Assembly: GCA_964187785.1 (NCBI GenBank)
Contig: OZ076413.1
Span: 41,604,001-41,668,000 of the forward strand
Source: Amphiscolops sp. MND2022
Taxonomy: Eukaryota
Direction of reading: 5' to 3'
DNA: 64,000 nt
Made by a program: the position numbers and the translations under genes
Shown: positions 11,934-25,570 of the stretch, piece by piece
Layout: each line of letters starts with the position of its first letter
How positions within the stretch are numbered: position 1 is the stretch's first letter
The notes under the pieces: model-generated
Told to the model about the DNA's origin: nothing
Database searches by the model: none
Seen by the model: only the letters and a program-made list of their open reading frames with translations

Positions 11934-12213
11934 CTGAAAATTGAGAAAATTATTTCAAGATGTAAGTACTAGAGCCACAAACCCAATAAAAACATTTGAG
12001 ATGTTCGGCTTATGTAGTAAGATTATATCCGGGAAAGTTAGAATTAGTATCGTCACAGGAAGTACAGTGGCACTGCTATGTCTTCTTGCCCTCCGAGAGT
12101 CATAAAACATGAAGCAGACGATTTCCAACGTAAACTTTAGTTTGTTTGAATAATCGTATAAGTTAAGGATAAAATGTTTGGATCATGATGTTAACGTCAA
12201 GCACCACGAGTGT

Positions 12214-14038
12214 TGTTACGGTCGGTTACGGAATTCTAAGATGATGCATTTTGGCGTCGGACAAGTTACATCTGCAGAATAGCCCAATTTCTTTTCGATA
12301 CCGCTTTTCTAGATGTCCTCCAATACGCCCCACTCTGTAACAGTTTGAAATGCAGGGAATTTTGCCCACCAAACCCAACGCCCAACCAGCTTCTAGAAAC
12401 AAAGCCGAGCAATCCAAATAATTTAACACAAATTGTCATTTTTGGAAGAGCGAAACGTAGCTCGAGAAGTATTGATTAAATAACCTGCACAAAGTACGAA
12501 AGAATTATTTACATCGCAAGCAGCTGTGGTAGGCAATCGGTATCAAGTAGCCCCCGATGGCAGCAATCTGCCTGATGTACCCGGAGTCCTACCTCTGTGA
12601 TCAACCGGACCATTAGTCTTTATGCCGATAAACGTTTTAGACTTGAACTATTACGTTTTGCATGTGAATTATGTTAGAGTACCGTTAGTAGACATGTAAC
12701 ATATCTTAGTATTAATGAGAACCAGAATTGGATGGTTATTGTTTTTTAGATTATTAATCGGAAACAAATGCTGTAAAATAATTGTAAGCAATAAAGGAAA
12801 CGCGTTTGAGGGAAATTCATTCCAGTCAACTTGACGCGTAGTCCGTAGTAATTATTGACAAATCACGTGCTAGAATTCTTTAGTCATACGAAGCCGTATC
12901 CGGTACGCTGTGCTGTATTTGCTAATATAGTCTAGTCAAACGGACTACCAGTCCTACTTGTAGGATTTCTCTCATATAGAGCGTTATGTAAACAAATGCT
13001 TGTCTTTAAAACATTCTACTATATAACTTCAAAAGAAGATCGCCTTCCGTACCACCCTTCCCCACACGTTCTATTTACAGAATCAAAGACCAACCGATGT
13101 TCTCTTTAGATATGACCTAACTATGACGTGATGTTGACGTCATACCAAGGGACTATTTCAACGCGCATTACTTTCTATTTCTAGAAACATGACCATCATA
13201 ATTTTGCTAGTCATGCATCTTTTACTATAAATACCAGACCCCCACTGTCCTGGGGACACAATTTCGAATGCGACTTTACAAAACAGAAAACGCAATCAGG
13301 TGCTCATTAGTGAATCATTACTCTATCATCTGTTGTTCAATATTCTCTTGGTTTAAATTTAGTTGACACTAAAAGCTCAAATACAACATTTCTGAGCTCT
13401 GAATTTTCAAATGCCCACAACAAGGAAGCAGAAGGCTAAGGAGAAGAGGTCCAGGCAATCTGACGTAATGTCAGATATCGAAAATATGGATGTTATTCTA
13501 GGTAGTTTCCCAGAGGAAGTTTTTGACAGGCAAGAATCAATCGAAGAATTAGAATCTGAATTTAGGTGAGAAGGACTACATAGAGAAATTAGTCAAGGAT
13601 AAAATTTTAGATCCCTCCTGAACACTAATACGATTGAAAACAGTGAAATTACAGCTGAAACTAGTAGAGCAATTAACTCAGAAATTTCTTCTCAAATGTC
13701 TAAAAATTTAGACGAGGTGAGAATGGACCAGAATGCCATTAACTCAGCAATTGAAGAAAAGGTGTTACCAACCATCCAAAACAACACCTTAGATCCAAAT
13801 TGAGCTAATTTGAGTGCAAAATTGGACCTTCGGTCAGATGGACTGCATCTGAGTAAAATTGGCCAAATGGCTCAGAATCGTGACCCTCAGTCAGATGGAC
13901 CGCAACAACGTCAAAATAGCGGAATGAGCCGCAAAACACGTGTAAACTTTCCTAAAACGAATTCTACAAAGGTTAACCATATTAAAAACCTCACAGAGAG
14001 TTCAGTAGTCTCTTATGAGATTGATGAAGGTTACGACA
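12214..14038 (+). mobile_element. LTR-like element (copy 3), probably a solo LTR, with TATAAATA at ~13226 and a decayed ORF MPTTRKQKAK... from 13411 running to the terminus
   Basis: Starts TGTTACGG and ends GGTTACGACA. The ORF has in-frame stops. No clear TSD, so the left boundary is tentative. Confidence 0.55.
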
Positions 14039-15639
14039 GCAGCATCTCAGATCGCGAGCAGAAACTCACTCCCAGCAAAGAAAACAAAAATTAACAGATT
14101 TGCCGTTTGCTGTAGTTTCGCTTTCATAAGTTTGCGAATACATGTTTAAATGGTCAATCACAGCGAAGAATTCGCAAAAGTGACAAAAACAGACATCTAT
14201 CTTAATAAGTCGTCATGTTCGATTCGCTCGTTTGCGCTCTGTTCGCTCTTCTGACCCTGTTTCTGTTTTGGGATTGCTGTGTAGAGTCGATTTAGGTAGG
14301 ATAGAAAAATGCGCAAAGTTTTCTAGGATCGAATTGTATCTTGATTTTATCTAGCATCGAAAGAAGCGAAAATTTCATTCATTTTAAACCATTCTTAGAG
14401 TGCCATGTAAAATTCGATCATAAACAATTCAACCCTGGAAACTTCAGTTGCAACTTTCGATTCTGAAGCCACGCCATTGGCTTATTCAAAAATTCACAAC
14501 TTTTCTAAATTCCTCATTTGTTGCGATGCCAGTTTGGCCAGAGAGGATCGTTTAATATCCTTGGTCACATGCAGACGCTTCTTGTAAATTCTCAGTTTTT
14601 CTAAGAATACGAAATGCACCGTTTCTGTGTGCACTACAAAAACGGCGTTGAGTACATTTTTTATTTGGTTCACTCTTACGCAGTTTGTTTGGATGTGCAG
14701 TAATTAAGAAATCATCCCCTAGTAGTGGTGATCACCAACTCAGGCCACTTTAGGCGATTTGCTTGAAGTCGGTTGAAAACTTTGAAAAAAAAATAGGAAT
14801 TAAAAGTTTCTTCGAATTTCCTCTAGTTGACATTAGCATTTTTTCAAAAGTTCTGAGACAAAATTTGTGACAATTACAATTGAGCTGGGTTTGAGCAAAA
14901 ATGGCGCTTTTTGTTGTTTTTCCAATTTTGGACCGTTTTCACCTAAATTACTTATATACCCAGGTTGACCCTCTTACTAGATCTTGCCAAATTTTCACTA
15001 CATCTTGGCAGCTGTGAATCCCATTGCAAGATTCTTACCACGATCTTACAAAACGTATCATTATCCCGAGATCAAAACCTACTGAGATGGAAAAAGATTT
15101 CTGATCTGATATTTCAAAATTTCGAATAAAAGTTCTAAAATGCTAAAAATTGTATTATAATTCTTTTTCGGGTTTTTACCCACATCTCTGAATAAGTAGA
15201 TTAAACAAGTAGATCTAATTACAATAAAATGAGAACCGACGTACAAAGTCTTTTGGACTTTTTCGTATGAATTCAGTGGTTTCTGATGTTTTTCTAGGGG
15301 TTATGAAGATTATCTCTTAATCCAGTAATTTTATACCTTTGCGTGAATTTTAAATTTGGTTTTCAATCGAACATTGATATTTTTTAATTTATTTTTTCTA
15401 ATGCTGCCATTTTCTGAATATAAATCATTTCTCAGAAGGGTTTGTCTAGCAATCCTCGGCTTCTTAATAAAAGTTTTCTAGCCATCTTGGGATTCTTAAC
15501 AAAAGTTTTCGTGCCATCTTGGTCTTCTTAGTATGATTTCCTTGGAAACCTGCCTTGATATACATGCTCTTGATATGATATTAACATGACAAAAAGAAAT
15601 TGCATACAATGGCAAGATCTTAGCAAAAGAAGAAAAATT

Positions 15640-16830
15640 AATTTATTTGGATGATACAAATAGATACATTAAAAGTACAAATGACCTAAATTTTCACCAT
15701 GTAAAAAGTGGACAAAGAAGGAGCATAATGGCTCTTGGAGTCGTCGCTCTCAAGAACCAAGTTTGAGCCAAAAGCTTTCACAGACAACTCAGAAAAAATT
15801 CAAAACAGGTGTTTTTTATGTCCAAGATACAATTGACTAAATTGCGCTCCATTGCTTCTCATCTTGATCGAACTCAATCTTTTTAAACTTTCTGGAATGA
15901 GATCCATCAAATTCAAGCAATTAAATACTCTACGGAGCAGAATTTCTACTGATTTCCTTGTTGTAAACATTCTGGCGTGAGTCGAACAAAAGAGGCCATT
16001 TTGACAACATCGCGTAGATTGGCTTGTTTTTGTCGTAGTTGCAATTTCATAATATTTTATGGGTGCATCTGTTCGGAGTTGTTTGAAAAGATCTTTGACA
16101 ATTTTCAACAACCATATAAAGCTCATATGCTGTAAGTATTCTGTGTTCAACTAAAATATCAATTATTGAATAAATGAAAGATGAATATCGTTCGTGAAGT
16201 TCGTCTGTGAGCAACCTCACTTTATGAAAGTTCGTTTCCGCTGCTGATCCTCATGCTAATAATCCACATGAGATCACTGATTTAAAAAACGAATTGAAAA
16301 ACAATAAAAGTCATTTCCTTAGGAACAGACCTCTCACCCTGTGTATTAGGCCGCAGGGTTTGTTGAGCTTCCTAACAACAGAGTCAAAATGCTCTCAATC
16401 AGAGGCACTTGTCCAGATGTATACAGATGTCCTAGATACTTGCATGAATTTTTATTTAGTAGCTTTTTATACAATATGGTTATAGTTTCATGCATCTTGG
16501 TCCCAAAAAACACCTCTTCAGAATTGTCGACAATAATGGTAAGTTTACAGTAACTGAACAACAATAAATCTTGAGACGCCAAAATATTAGATTGCTTACA
16601 AGAGCTTAGAAGAGTAGTGGCATCGGAGTATATTTCTACACAACTATTCTTGATGGCATTTTGTATATCATTGACGTACAAAAGAAAACTAAAGGTGCCT
16701 ATGACAGACGTTTGAGGCATTCACGTTTCAAGTTTTTCTTTTTAGTGGTATTTGAAGCTGCTGATACATATTGCCATGGATCTCTGCAATAATTTTTTTG
16801 CAGTATCAAGAGTGTCAACAGCAACAAGAG
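15640..16830 (-). mobile_element. Degenerate 5'-truncated LINE (CR1/L2-like) reverse-transcriptase fragment
   Basis: PQTSVIGTFSFLLYVND...IYSDAT resembles the PQGS.LGP.LF..YVND...YADD motifs; frameshifted. Confidence 0.75.
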
Positions 16831-17033
16831 CAATATCTTTGCCATGATTGTTTCAGGATTATGGCAAGACCTTACTGGATTTCACAAGGAGTGTAAACCC
16901 GGAACACAATAGAACAAATGAGCGCACATGATTGAGTTTTTTTATTGTGTGCAAAAGAAAAATTTAAGAAAGAAGAAGAACACCTTGTCGGAGCAAACAA
17001 ATAATGGAGTGAGTAACGGTTGACTGGAAAAAC

Positions 17034-17285
17034 AAGACACCCGCTAAGCACCGGGATATTTTCCGTTTAAAATGTAACGCATCAGCCCGGGTTCAAACTG
17101 GTGGAAATTTGGCAAGTGTCGTAATGAAGTAGAGTTCAAGTAACTAAACTAGTCAAGTAACTGTATAAAATTGTCAAGTAGTGGATGGAAATTGTGGAGT
17201 TTTGGCGGAAGTTGGAAAAAAACGCAACGCAGGTCATGATTTTCCTCCCCCATTATATGTGGGCGGAAAATAACAATGAAGCAAA
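17034..17285 (-). repeat. Internally deleted copy of the repeat at 58565-58921
   Basis: Reverse complement shares TTATTTTCCGCCCA..ATAATGGGG and GGAAAATATCCCGGTGCTTAGCGGG.GTCTTGT. Confidence 0.8.
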
Positions 17286-17467
17286 AACAGACTTTACACT
17301 CTTCCGACTAATACTTGCTGATATGAGTCAAAATTGAAAAGTGTTCAAATTCAGAGGGAAATTCGAGCAAATTAAATTGTGAAATTAGTCCTGAGTAAAA
17401 ACAATGTGGAACGGATGAGGTAAAAACCAAGGCTACCTAGTTCATTAGTTTGCTTTCATTTGCTAAC

Positions 17468-17596
17468 CTTTGAATTTCATGATGCTCCTTCCTTTTAACC
17501 AAAGATCCTCACTTTGCATCTTCCAGTCATCTTGGCACAAAGAAACATCTTCCAGAAAGTCCATGTATTCTCTCAAAAACCCAATATCTGTGTCAT
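17468..17596 (-). CDS. Candidate internal exon of RING/B-box/Kelch gene (DTDIGFLREYMDFLEDVSLCQDDWKMQSEDLWLKGRSIMKFK)
   Basis: TTTTAG acceptor and AAAG|GTTAGC donor. 129 nt, phase 1-1, continuing the phase-1 donor at 25405. Confidence 0.55.
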
Positions 17597-18726
17597 CTAA
17601 AAGCAAACTCTACCAGAGGCGCAGTGACGCTGCGATATTTTCGTATACTGTTGCTACAGAAAATTCCAGAGGACCTTCCATAGTAAACAAAATATATTTC
17701 TTAACAGTTAACGGTTAATGTCACAAAAATATTCGTTATTTTCTCGAAACTTTTTTGTTCGAAAAAGTCACACAGTGGCGAAATTGATAAACGTTGTGAC
17801 CATTTAAGGTGCGTTTTATAAAATGAAAACGTCGAAAACACCGAAGCAGCGAACCTAGTGGAAGAAATGCATAAGAAGTGGCACATAGCCAAAAAAATAG
17901 AACTATTCCACAATTATTGAGAAAACCCTTATCAGTCCCACATGACCAATGAATAATCGAAGAGGTCGCCCTTAAGACTCGGAAAACGAATTTCTTTACC
18001 ACAAAATCAAAGGAAACCAAAAGTTGTTTGAAAATTAATTTTTGGGGAAACACTTTCGTCGGTAAGTCGCAGATTGCCGAAAATATCTAAGGGGGCAGTG
18101 TGCGTTCCTGGCAAAACATTTTGTTCCTGCTAAATATCAACGGGGGCTCTTCGCTTTTAAAAAGTTCGAAAACAAAGTCGCAAAGTGTCAAATAAACCCT
18201 GAAGATAGACTTTTTGGAATAAATAATTTGGTTTAGTGCGGGACTCGAACCCACGTCAATGAACACGCGGGACACCTTGTAGGGAATATCCAGTTAACGT
18301 GGAAGACATGGCAGAAACTGACGATTTTAAAATCCCCCGGGTAGAACTAAGAGAGAAAACGAAAAATTAAAACAACGAATGCTAATTTCCTGAATTACCT
18401 CCATCATAAAATTGCAAACCATAAATTGATGTAAAAACTAACCAACAAAGCAGGGAAGTGGTCACAATACCAGAGTACAACATAGCACCGGACAAAATAC
18501 CAAAGTACAAAATAAATGACATGTTTGAACGTGCGTGATATTCTAGTTATTCACCACAGTGACAAAAAGTTGACGATGTTAGCTCACTTCGATTTTTAAC
18601 TAACCGAAGTTTGAGCAGTGAGTTCTTCGCCTGAGCTGTCAACGATTCAGATGTGCTTTTTGTTGCTTTTGTAGTAACCAACCCGGGAATTGTTCAGATC
18701 CAGAACAAGCCATGAATTAACCAAAT

Positions 18727-21700
18727 TGGTCTTCTGTTCAAGACTCAAAAATCAGTCTTTCAATTATGCGGTGGAAAATTTAGGTGCAAAAACATTAAGA
18801 CCCGAAAACCGCTTTTTCCTCACTGAAAAAATCAAAAAAATCAAAACAAGGACATTTTTTGCGGGCAATCGGACAGAACGCATTTACGGAAATGACCAAA
18901 ACAGTTAAGGACAAAAGAGCAAGTTCCTTACCGTTATACAAACTGTACACCCTCTTTCGCCTACATAACGCGCAGGGGAGGGATGTACAACATAGCCGAG
19001 CCAATTTCTTCAACCCCAGGAGAGAAAGTCGTGAATCGGCGGCAGACATCTGTAAACGAATAGTAGTCGAGACAAATTGCGAGTTCTAAAATATCACTGC
19101 AGCTGAACGTTTGGCTTCAAATTTCCTATCAATCATAGGAAAATCCACAGGAGAAAGAAAATTCGCAAATGTCGGTCGAGGCAATAACGGAAGCAATGCA
19201 TGAATACATGTATGAGACATTAAACGACTCACCAGAAACCGAAGAAAATCCGACATGTTGAAAAAAGAAGACTAAAATACAATGAAGAACAGGCAGAGCG
19301 GAAATCGAAAACTAGAAGAATAGACTGAAACAGTGCGAAGTACCCAACTTGTCCATACAGCATGAATGTCCAGCAAGAGGAAAGAAACTGTTCTTTGAAT
19401 CATAACAACACTAAAACGTAAATTTTATAATTTATCCATGGAAAGACACACGGTGAAAATATGGAAGTAACATTCAATTGGAAAAAAGGGCGAAATCGAT
19501 TCAACAAATAGGAAGACCGATACTATTTCATATACAACCCGCAGTTGGAAAAAAGTTAGAGACTGAAAAAAACCAGGACATATCGAAAAAGCCACGATAT
19601 TGATAAGAACTGTTTCGTGAGCCAAAAAACAAATTCGAGAAAAATCCAAGACCATACAAGAAAAAGTGATAAACGCTAGAAAACAATCACCCAGCTTGGT
19701 TAGACGATAACGTCGTTGTAACAAAAAGCTCTAAACAAAAACATATGGATGAATTAGTACACGTACTAACAAAACTGGATAACGCAGGTTATAGTTTGAG
19801 ATGTAAAAACATCGAATCGGGAGCTATGCAAAACATTGGCCAGAACGGTATGAGACCGTCTCAAGACAAATTACTCGCCATAAAAGAACTGAAAAAAATT
19901 GGACCAGTTCCTTTTTGGACGCTTTTCAGTACTTATCAAAAAATTTTGAAATTATTTCAGAAAAACAGACATTTTGAGGCAAATTTTCCAAAAGATAAGG
20001 AGTGGAATTGGACGGAAGCACAAACTAGAACGTTTGAAGCAAAATACCACAGGGATACCATGTCTGGCACACTATAATTTTCAATATCCAAACAGAAAAC
20101 CAGAGACGCTAGTACAAAAAGGCTGGGGCCACGCTTCAACAAGAACTACCGGACGGCAAACTTCAACCGATCGGTTTTCCAAGCCGTTCCCTCTCAGACA
20201 CAGAGCAAAAAAAACGCCATCAACGAACTAGAATTGCTAACCGTGGAATGGGGATTGGAACACTTCCGGAAAACCAATAACACTGCTTACCAATCACCAG
20301 GCATTAGAACTATGAAATAAACTTATCCAAAAAACATAGAGCGCACGTTTAACAAGATAGCTAGACCGATTAGCGCACTTCTCAGTCTACGTAAGACTTA
20401 CAGCAGGCAAGCATGTAGCACTCATGGATTTAATCAGCAGAATTCCGTCAGGACCACCACAAGCCGATGAAGAAAACGATGAAGAATGCGTAGTAAACAA
20501 AATCATTTCACACTACAAACTCTTTACCAAAAAATGGTTGCGTTTACAACTATTTCAACCAATCACAACACGAGATAGCAAATGAAACGCCGCGCAAAAC
20601 CCACAATTAACCAAGAGATTCCAAAACGTGTGGAAAACTGCCATTGATTGCCTCAACACCACACCGAATAGTTACACAAAACTCACGAAAGTCGAAAACG
20701 AATCTGCAAAGGATGCAAGAACAGTTAACAGTTTCAAAATCTCCGACTCTTCCTCAGAAACAAGACACCTCATTGCGACGGGGAGGGACAATGTCCAACT
20801 GCAAATTTTCGTCAATTCGGTGGCCGCTCGAAAAAAACCATGAACCGACATTCCTCCGGAGACGAACGAAACACCTCTGAGGACAAGCTTCAAAAAGCAA
20901 TCAAAAACTTAGAAAGTAGAGGACAGCAATTCAAGCGGAAGGCTTTTAACCACAAACCAGAAGAAGAGAACAATAGACCTTGGACACGTTCTGGGAAGTC
21001 GACCACCCACAACCACCTGAAGAAACATTCGAACATCAACCTGGAACTTCGTTAGCAAACACTGCACTAGCAAACCAATAATACGCACTGATGGAGGAAG
21101 GAGAAACAGAATCGAATACCAATCAAGATCCGTCAGTCCTCCAAAGCCCAGCAGTGAATTGGGCAAAGTACATTGGCGTAAGAAGTCTCCAAAATGAGAA
21201 AATGGGACACCCACTCAGAAAAAACGCCAAAGAACTAAACAACTGGGATCTCCGAATTGCTTTCAAGGGAACAGGGAAGACTTTTTCAACTGACCACCAA
21301 CTTCTACTGACTGAAACGACAAATGAACCGAAACTCCTTAATACGCTATGTGCCTCCAACGACCGCAACAAGCCAACATACCCAAAGAATACTTTACTTG
21401 CCTTGCTGAAAAACAATTATCTACGAGACACGGCCTTGTGTTTTACGAAGACCGTATTCTCGTACCGAAGAATTTTAGAACGACGATCATCAGTGTCCTG
21501 TGTAAGAGACATCCCGCCATCGATACGTTGTCAAAGGTGGGAAATGAAAAACAGTTACCGGCTATTAACCAACTTAACAAAAAAATCCAATTGGATTTCA
21601 TCAGACCAATCACTGAAATGAACGAAAGAATTTATATCTTCCTTTTAAAGGACCAGTATAAACGATTGCCCCAGCTAGTTTTTGCAAACCAACTGACAGA

Positions 21701-23000
21701 GATACGGCGGTCAAAGTCCTGGAACAAAACCCAAATATATAGGTACTCCAAAAATCAGTAAAACCGACAAAATGACGGCATTTACCAGCAGAATGTTTAG
21801 AGAATTTTGCAGAAAGCATAGTACAAATTTTATATCCAGAACATCTTTAATTCATACCTCTACAAGATGGGTCTAAGGCGTAAGAACGGTGAAAGAAACA
21901 CAACTAACAGATATGAAAGTGAGAGAAAAATTCAAAAAAGCGCTAGATATAGCACTAGACGTAATGCAAAAAGCACTTCACACGAGGTTAAGAAAATTCG
22001 CTTTTGAACTACACTATTGGACTAAACGGTCCATATTACTGGCTCAATAAATCCCCAAAATTGCATTACTACCCAGACCCGGACAGCGACTCTGGAAAAA
22101 GAACACCATTTCCACAGAACCATTTCCACAGGCGAATACCGCCCATATTATCGGCGACCTCCCATACAAGAGCAGCCAGTCTCCGACAGTCACAAGAAAG
22201 AATGGACCATTCGAGAGAGGACAACCGATACTCATCAGAAACCGACATAGCTCACCCCACAATCGGCTCACCCACAAACCCGGACCAAGACAGTCTCGGC
22301 TCGTTACCAGTCATAATGGAGAACATGACTGATGAGGGTTAGACTGCCTGAGAAGCAAATAAAGTTTTCCATGAGGGACACAAACGTTACGGTATTTCAA
22401 AACTATTCAAAAAACTCAAACGGAGGGGAAGTAGGTAATGTAGGAAACAATCCAGAAGCGACCAAACCTCTGCACTAGAACTATTTAGCAAATTGAGCTC
22501 TAGCAGCGAAGTAGAACAAGACACGAAAAGTCAAAATTTCGGTGGATCAAAAAGACTCACAAAAACAAATCCCATCGCTGGACCGAAAAAAGCAGTACCA
22601 TCTGATTACACGAACTACCGTCAAAAAACTAATTGCCCTGAAGCCAACCAGTACAGGGGAAAACCTTCGACACAAAACAACAGCCCGAACAACTAACCCG
22701 TGAAACACGTGAAATGGCCATCCAGGAAAAACAAAGCAACCGGACAAAAGACAACAATGACCTGACATGACAGACGTGGACCACCCTTGATACAACGAAA
22801 GAGCTGTGGGCGGATCACCGCAATAAAGAAGAACCAACCCCCCTCCATTGGTCAACTCTCATCCAATCGCGGAGGGAGAGTGAAGCATACTTAGAAGACA
22901 AACTAGACAACAGAGGTTTGATTCAGTTTGGGATTACCGTATAATTAGTTATATCGTCTGAGTTCTTGAGTACCTGTTTTTTTTGTATTGAACTTTTCAT
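18727..23000 (+). mobile_element. Highly degenerate Gypsy/Ty3-type LTR retrotransposon
   Basis: Gag knuckle-like ...HECPARGK (~19330-19380). RNase H DAS...NELELLTVEWGLEHFR (~20100-20270). Integrase-like GLVFYEDRILVP...H and QLDFIRP (~21430-21610), i.e. RT-RH-IN order. Purine tract GGAGGGAGAG at ~22871. Many stops and frameshifts. Confidence 0.7.
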
Positions 23001-23100
23001 CTTGACACAGCTTAGTAGCTAAACAATATCTCGATGAAAACAGTTTTTATGTTGAACGTTAAATATCTTTTGTATCCACAGAGGTTTCATCTAATACAGT

Positions 23101-23615
23101 CTTTTTATAGTCGGTGCTTTTCTATAGAAGAAAGTCGACTACAAAGTTGGTATTTTGTCAATGTTTCTTTAACTTTTTTCAAAATGTTTTCCTTCCTCAC
23201 ACCTGAAGTGACCATAATAGTTTCACCCCAGAAGTTCTACAAAATTTTAAGAAGACGGCAAATTGTACCCGTTGGCCCACGAAACTGAACCAAGAAGGTT
23301 TCTTGCATAACATACAATACCGGACGAGACCAAAGGGTCTCCCTTTCAGTTTTGTTTCGGCACTTCGAAACTTCTTCTGAGAAAATTTTCCCGAAAAGAT
23401 CCGACTTCAATTTTTTCTGAGTTTTGCGACAGAATGGATGTTGAAAAATCTCAAAGGGAGGTTCCCCCCTCTCAGTTTTTTTGGCATTGTGAGACTTTTT
23501 TTCAATTTTTTTTTCATAAAAGCGTCCCTGATTCACAAATATTTTCACATTTTGAAGTCCTTTTGCTACTTTTGAGCCTTAGATCCGGCGCCGAATTGAG
23601 CCGGTCGCGGCTTGT
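23101..23615 (+). mobile_element. Short non-autonomous repeat, Helitron/Helentron-like; homologous to 49769-50271
   Basis: Extensive similarity to the reverse complement of 49770-50260. 3' end GC-rich hairpin + CTTGT. Confidence 0.55.
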
Positions 23616-23718
23616 CTCTTTTGAAAGCACCTAATAAAAAATGAGCTTCGAGGAAATGCATGCCCAGAACGAGGATGGAATCTATCAAATATAATGAAGG
23701 AGAAGCTTCAAAGTGCTG

Positions 23719-24090
23719 AGAAAACGTTATATCAGAACTTTGAAAACGTTATATCCAAACTTTGAAAACGTTATATCCAAACTTTGAAAACGTTATATCC
23801 AAACTTTGAAAACGTTATATCCGATCTTTGAAAACGTTATATTTGAACTTTGAAAACGTTATATCCGAACTTCGAAAACCTTATATCCAAACTTTGAAAA
23901 TGTTATATCCAAACTTTGAAAACGTTATATGCGAACTATGAAAACGTTACATCCGAACTTTGAAAACTTTATATCCGATTTTTGAAAACGTTACATCCGA
24001 ACTTTGAAACGTTATAGCCGAACTTAGAAAACGTTACATGCGAACTTTGAAACCTTATATTCGAACTTTGAAAACTTTGAAAACGTTTGA
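23719..24090. repeat. Minisatellite, ~16 copies of 22-bp AACTTTGAAAACGTTATATCC(G/A)
   Basis: Directly visible head-to-tail units without unique spacers. Confidence 0.95.
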
Positions 24091-25404
24091 ACAAATGAAC
24101 AAAAAAGTGGACCATTCAGAGTGACCTGAACAAAATTACCCACTGTAATAGTCTGGCCATTTTCCTTAAGAGAAAAGGCGCCAACGAAAAACACGTTCAA
24201 ATTGACTTATCATGACGAATGAACCTTGGTGTAAAAAAGTCATTAAAATCTTAGTAAAAGACTGATACTCTCTTATAGCATTGGCCCCGATTGGAAGTCT
24301 CGTCTCCTTAGTTTTGTTCAAGCTAGTTTAAATACAACGTGTGGGCAAGAACTGTACATACTAACATCGCCAATTTCACTGGAATTTAATTATCGACACC
24401 ATCATGTAGTTATGAAAATATGGACGCTGAAAAGAACGCCTCCTCCAGGAACTTCCCGAGGCATTAGCTGTTTATCGGTCAAAGAAATTCGATCACCAAA
24501 AACAGAGGTTCGATACCACAACCACATTTCGTCTTTCCGAAATAAACTAAGTTTTTTCAAGTTCAAACAATGCATTACCCAAATGTTTCATCAAGAAAGT
24601 AATGTATTCTATTAGAAAATGCCCAGATTAGCAACCTTACCGGTTTTTATCAGCGATTTTGTGAGCGTGAAAAATCCAGACATGACATTACAATTGAGTT
24701 TTTATGTTCATTGTTCTACACTTTCATTCAGGTTTAAATAGAAGCGTCAGAAATCAACTCGAATTTAATCAAGCGCAGTGAATTGGAGCGCTTTTTTAAG
24801 TAAAACGCAATTTTCTTCGAATATAACGTCAAAACATTTTTGTGAAACTCCACATCCTCCTTAGTAAGACGCAATGTAGTTCGGATATAACGTCGAAAAT
24901 TCGGATATAGCGCAATATTTTGATCCTCCGCCTCCTCTTTAGTGAAACGCAACTTACTTCGTATATAACGTCAAAAGTTCGGATATAGCGTGCTGGGCCA
25001 CGGCAACCGCGGAAATGTAACGAAGATTTTAAAAGTGGACCATTCAGTATGAGATTGTCATCTGACAAAAAAACTTATCGCTGTTAAAATCGGTCACATT
25101 TTGTTTAATCAAGTCAGTTTGATCACGACTTCTGAAAATTGTGGGGCAAAACGTACTACTGCGGTTGCCCGGAAACTTCCCATGCTGAATGTACAAACTG
25201 AACAAAAATTAACTAGCAGTTTTTAATGACCACTGATCGTCTCAGGTAGAAATTTATTGAAGGAGTTTCTCAAAAACAATAATTCACTTTTTGGAAACGC
25301 TTGAATGATCACATGAGACAATCTTTGTCGTGACGAATTGTGTGCGAGCATATATTCCACCCAAATTGGTTTCATTCCATATAAAAAGATTGCCGTTGAC
25401 GTAC

Positions 25405-25570
25405 CAGGATTAAAGTTAGGGTCCTTCAGTTTTGCGGATATCGTCTCACGTTTCTCTTGAATTTCTTTATAATAGTGATCCAAGTTTTCAACTTGTTTCA
25501 GCTGCTGATCCCAAAAATGAACGATTTCTTTGATGCCTTCTATCCAGTTGTGACAACCCTTGTATTTGCC
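25405..25570 (-). CDS. Exon 4 of RING/B-box gene, coiled-coil region
   Basis: CATCAG acceptor and GTACGT donor. GKYKGCHNWIEGIKEIVHFWDQQLKQVENLDHYYKEIQEKRETISAKLKD is helical and heptad-like. Confidence 0.65.

Noticed and set aside
18230..18260. tRNA-like B box on minus strand (GGTTCGAGTCCC)
   Set aside because: No A box or cloverleaf; likely a repeat remnant.
23719..24090. Possible CRISPR array
   Set aside because: Contiguous 22-bp units with no unique spacers, eukaryotic context, no cas genes.
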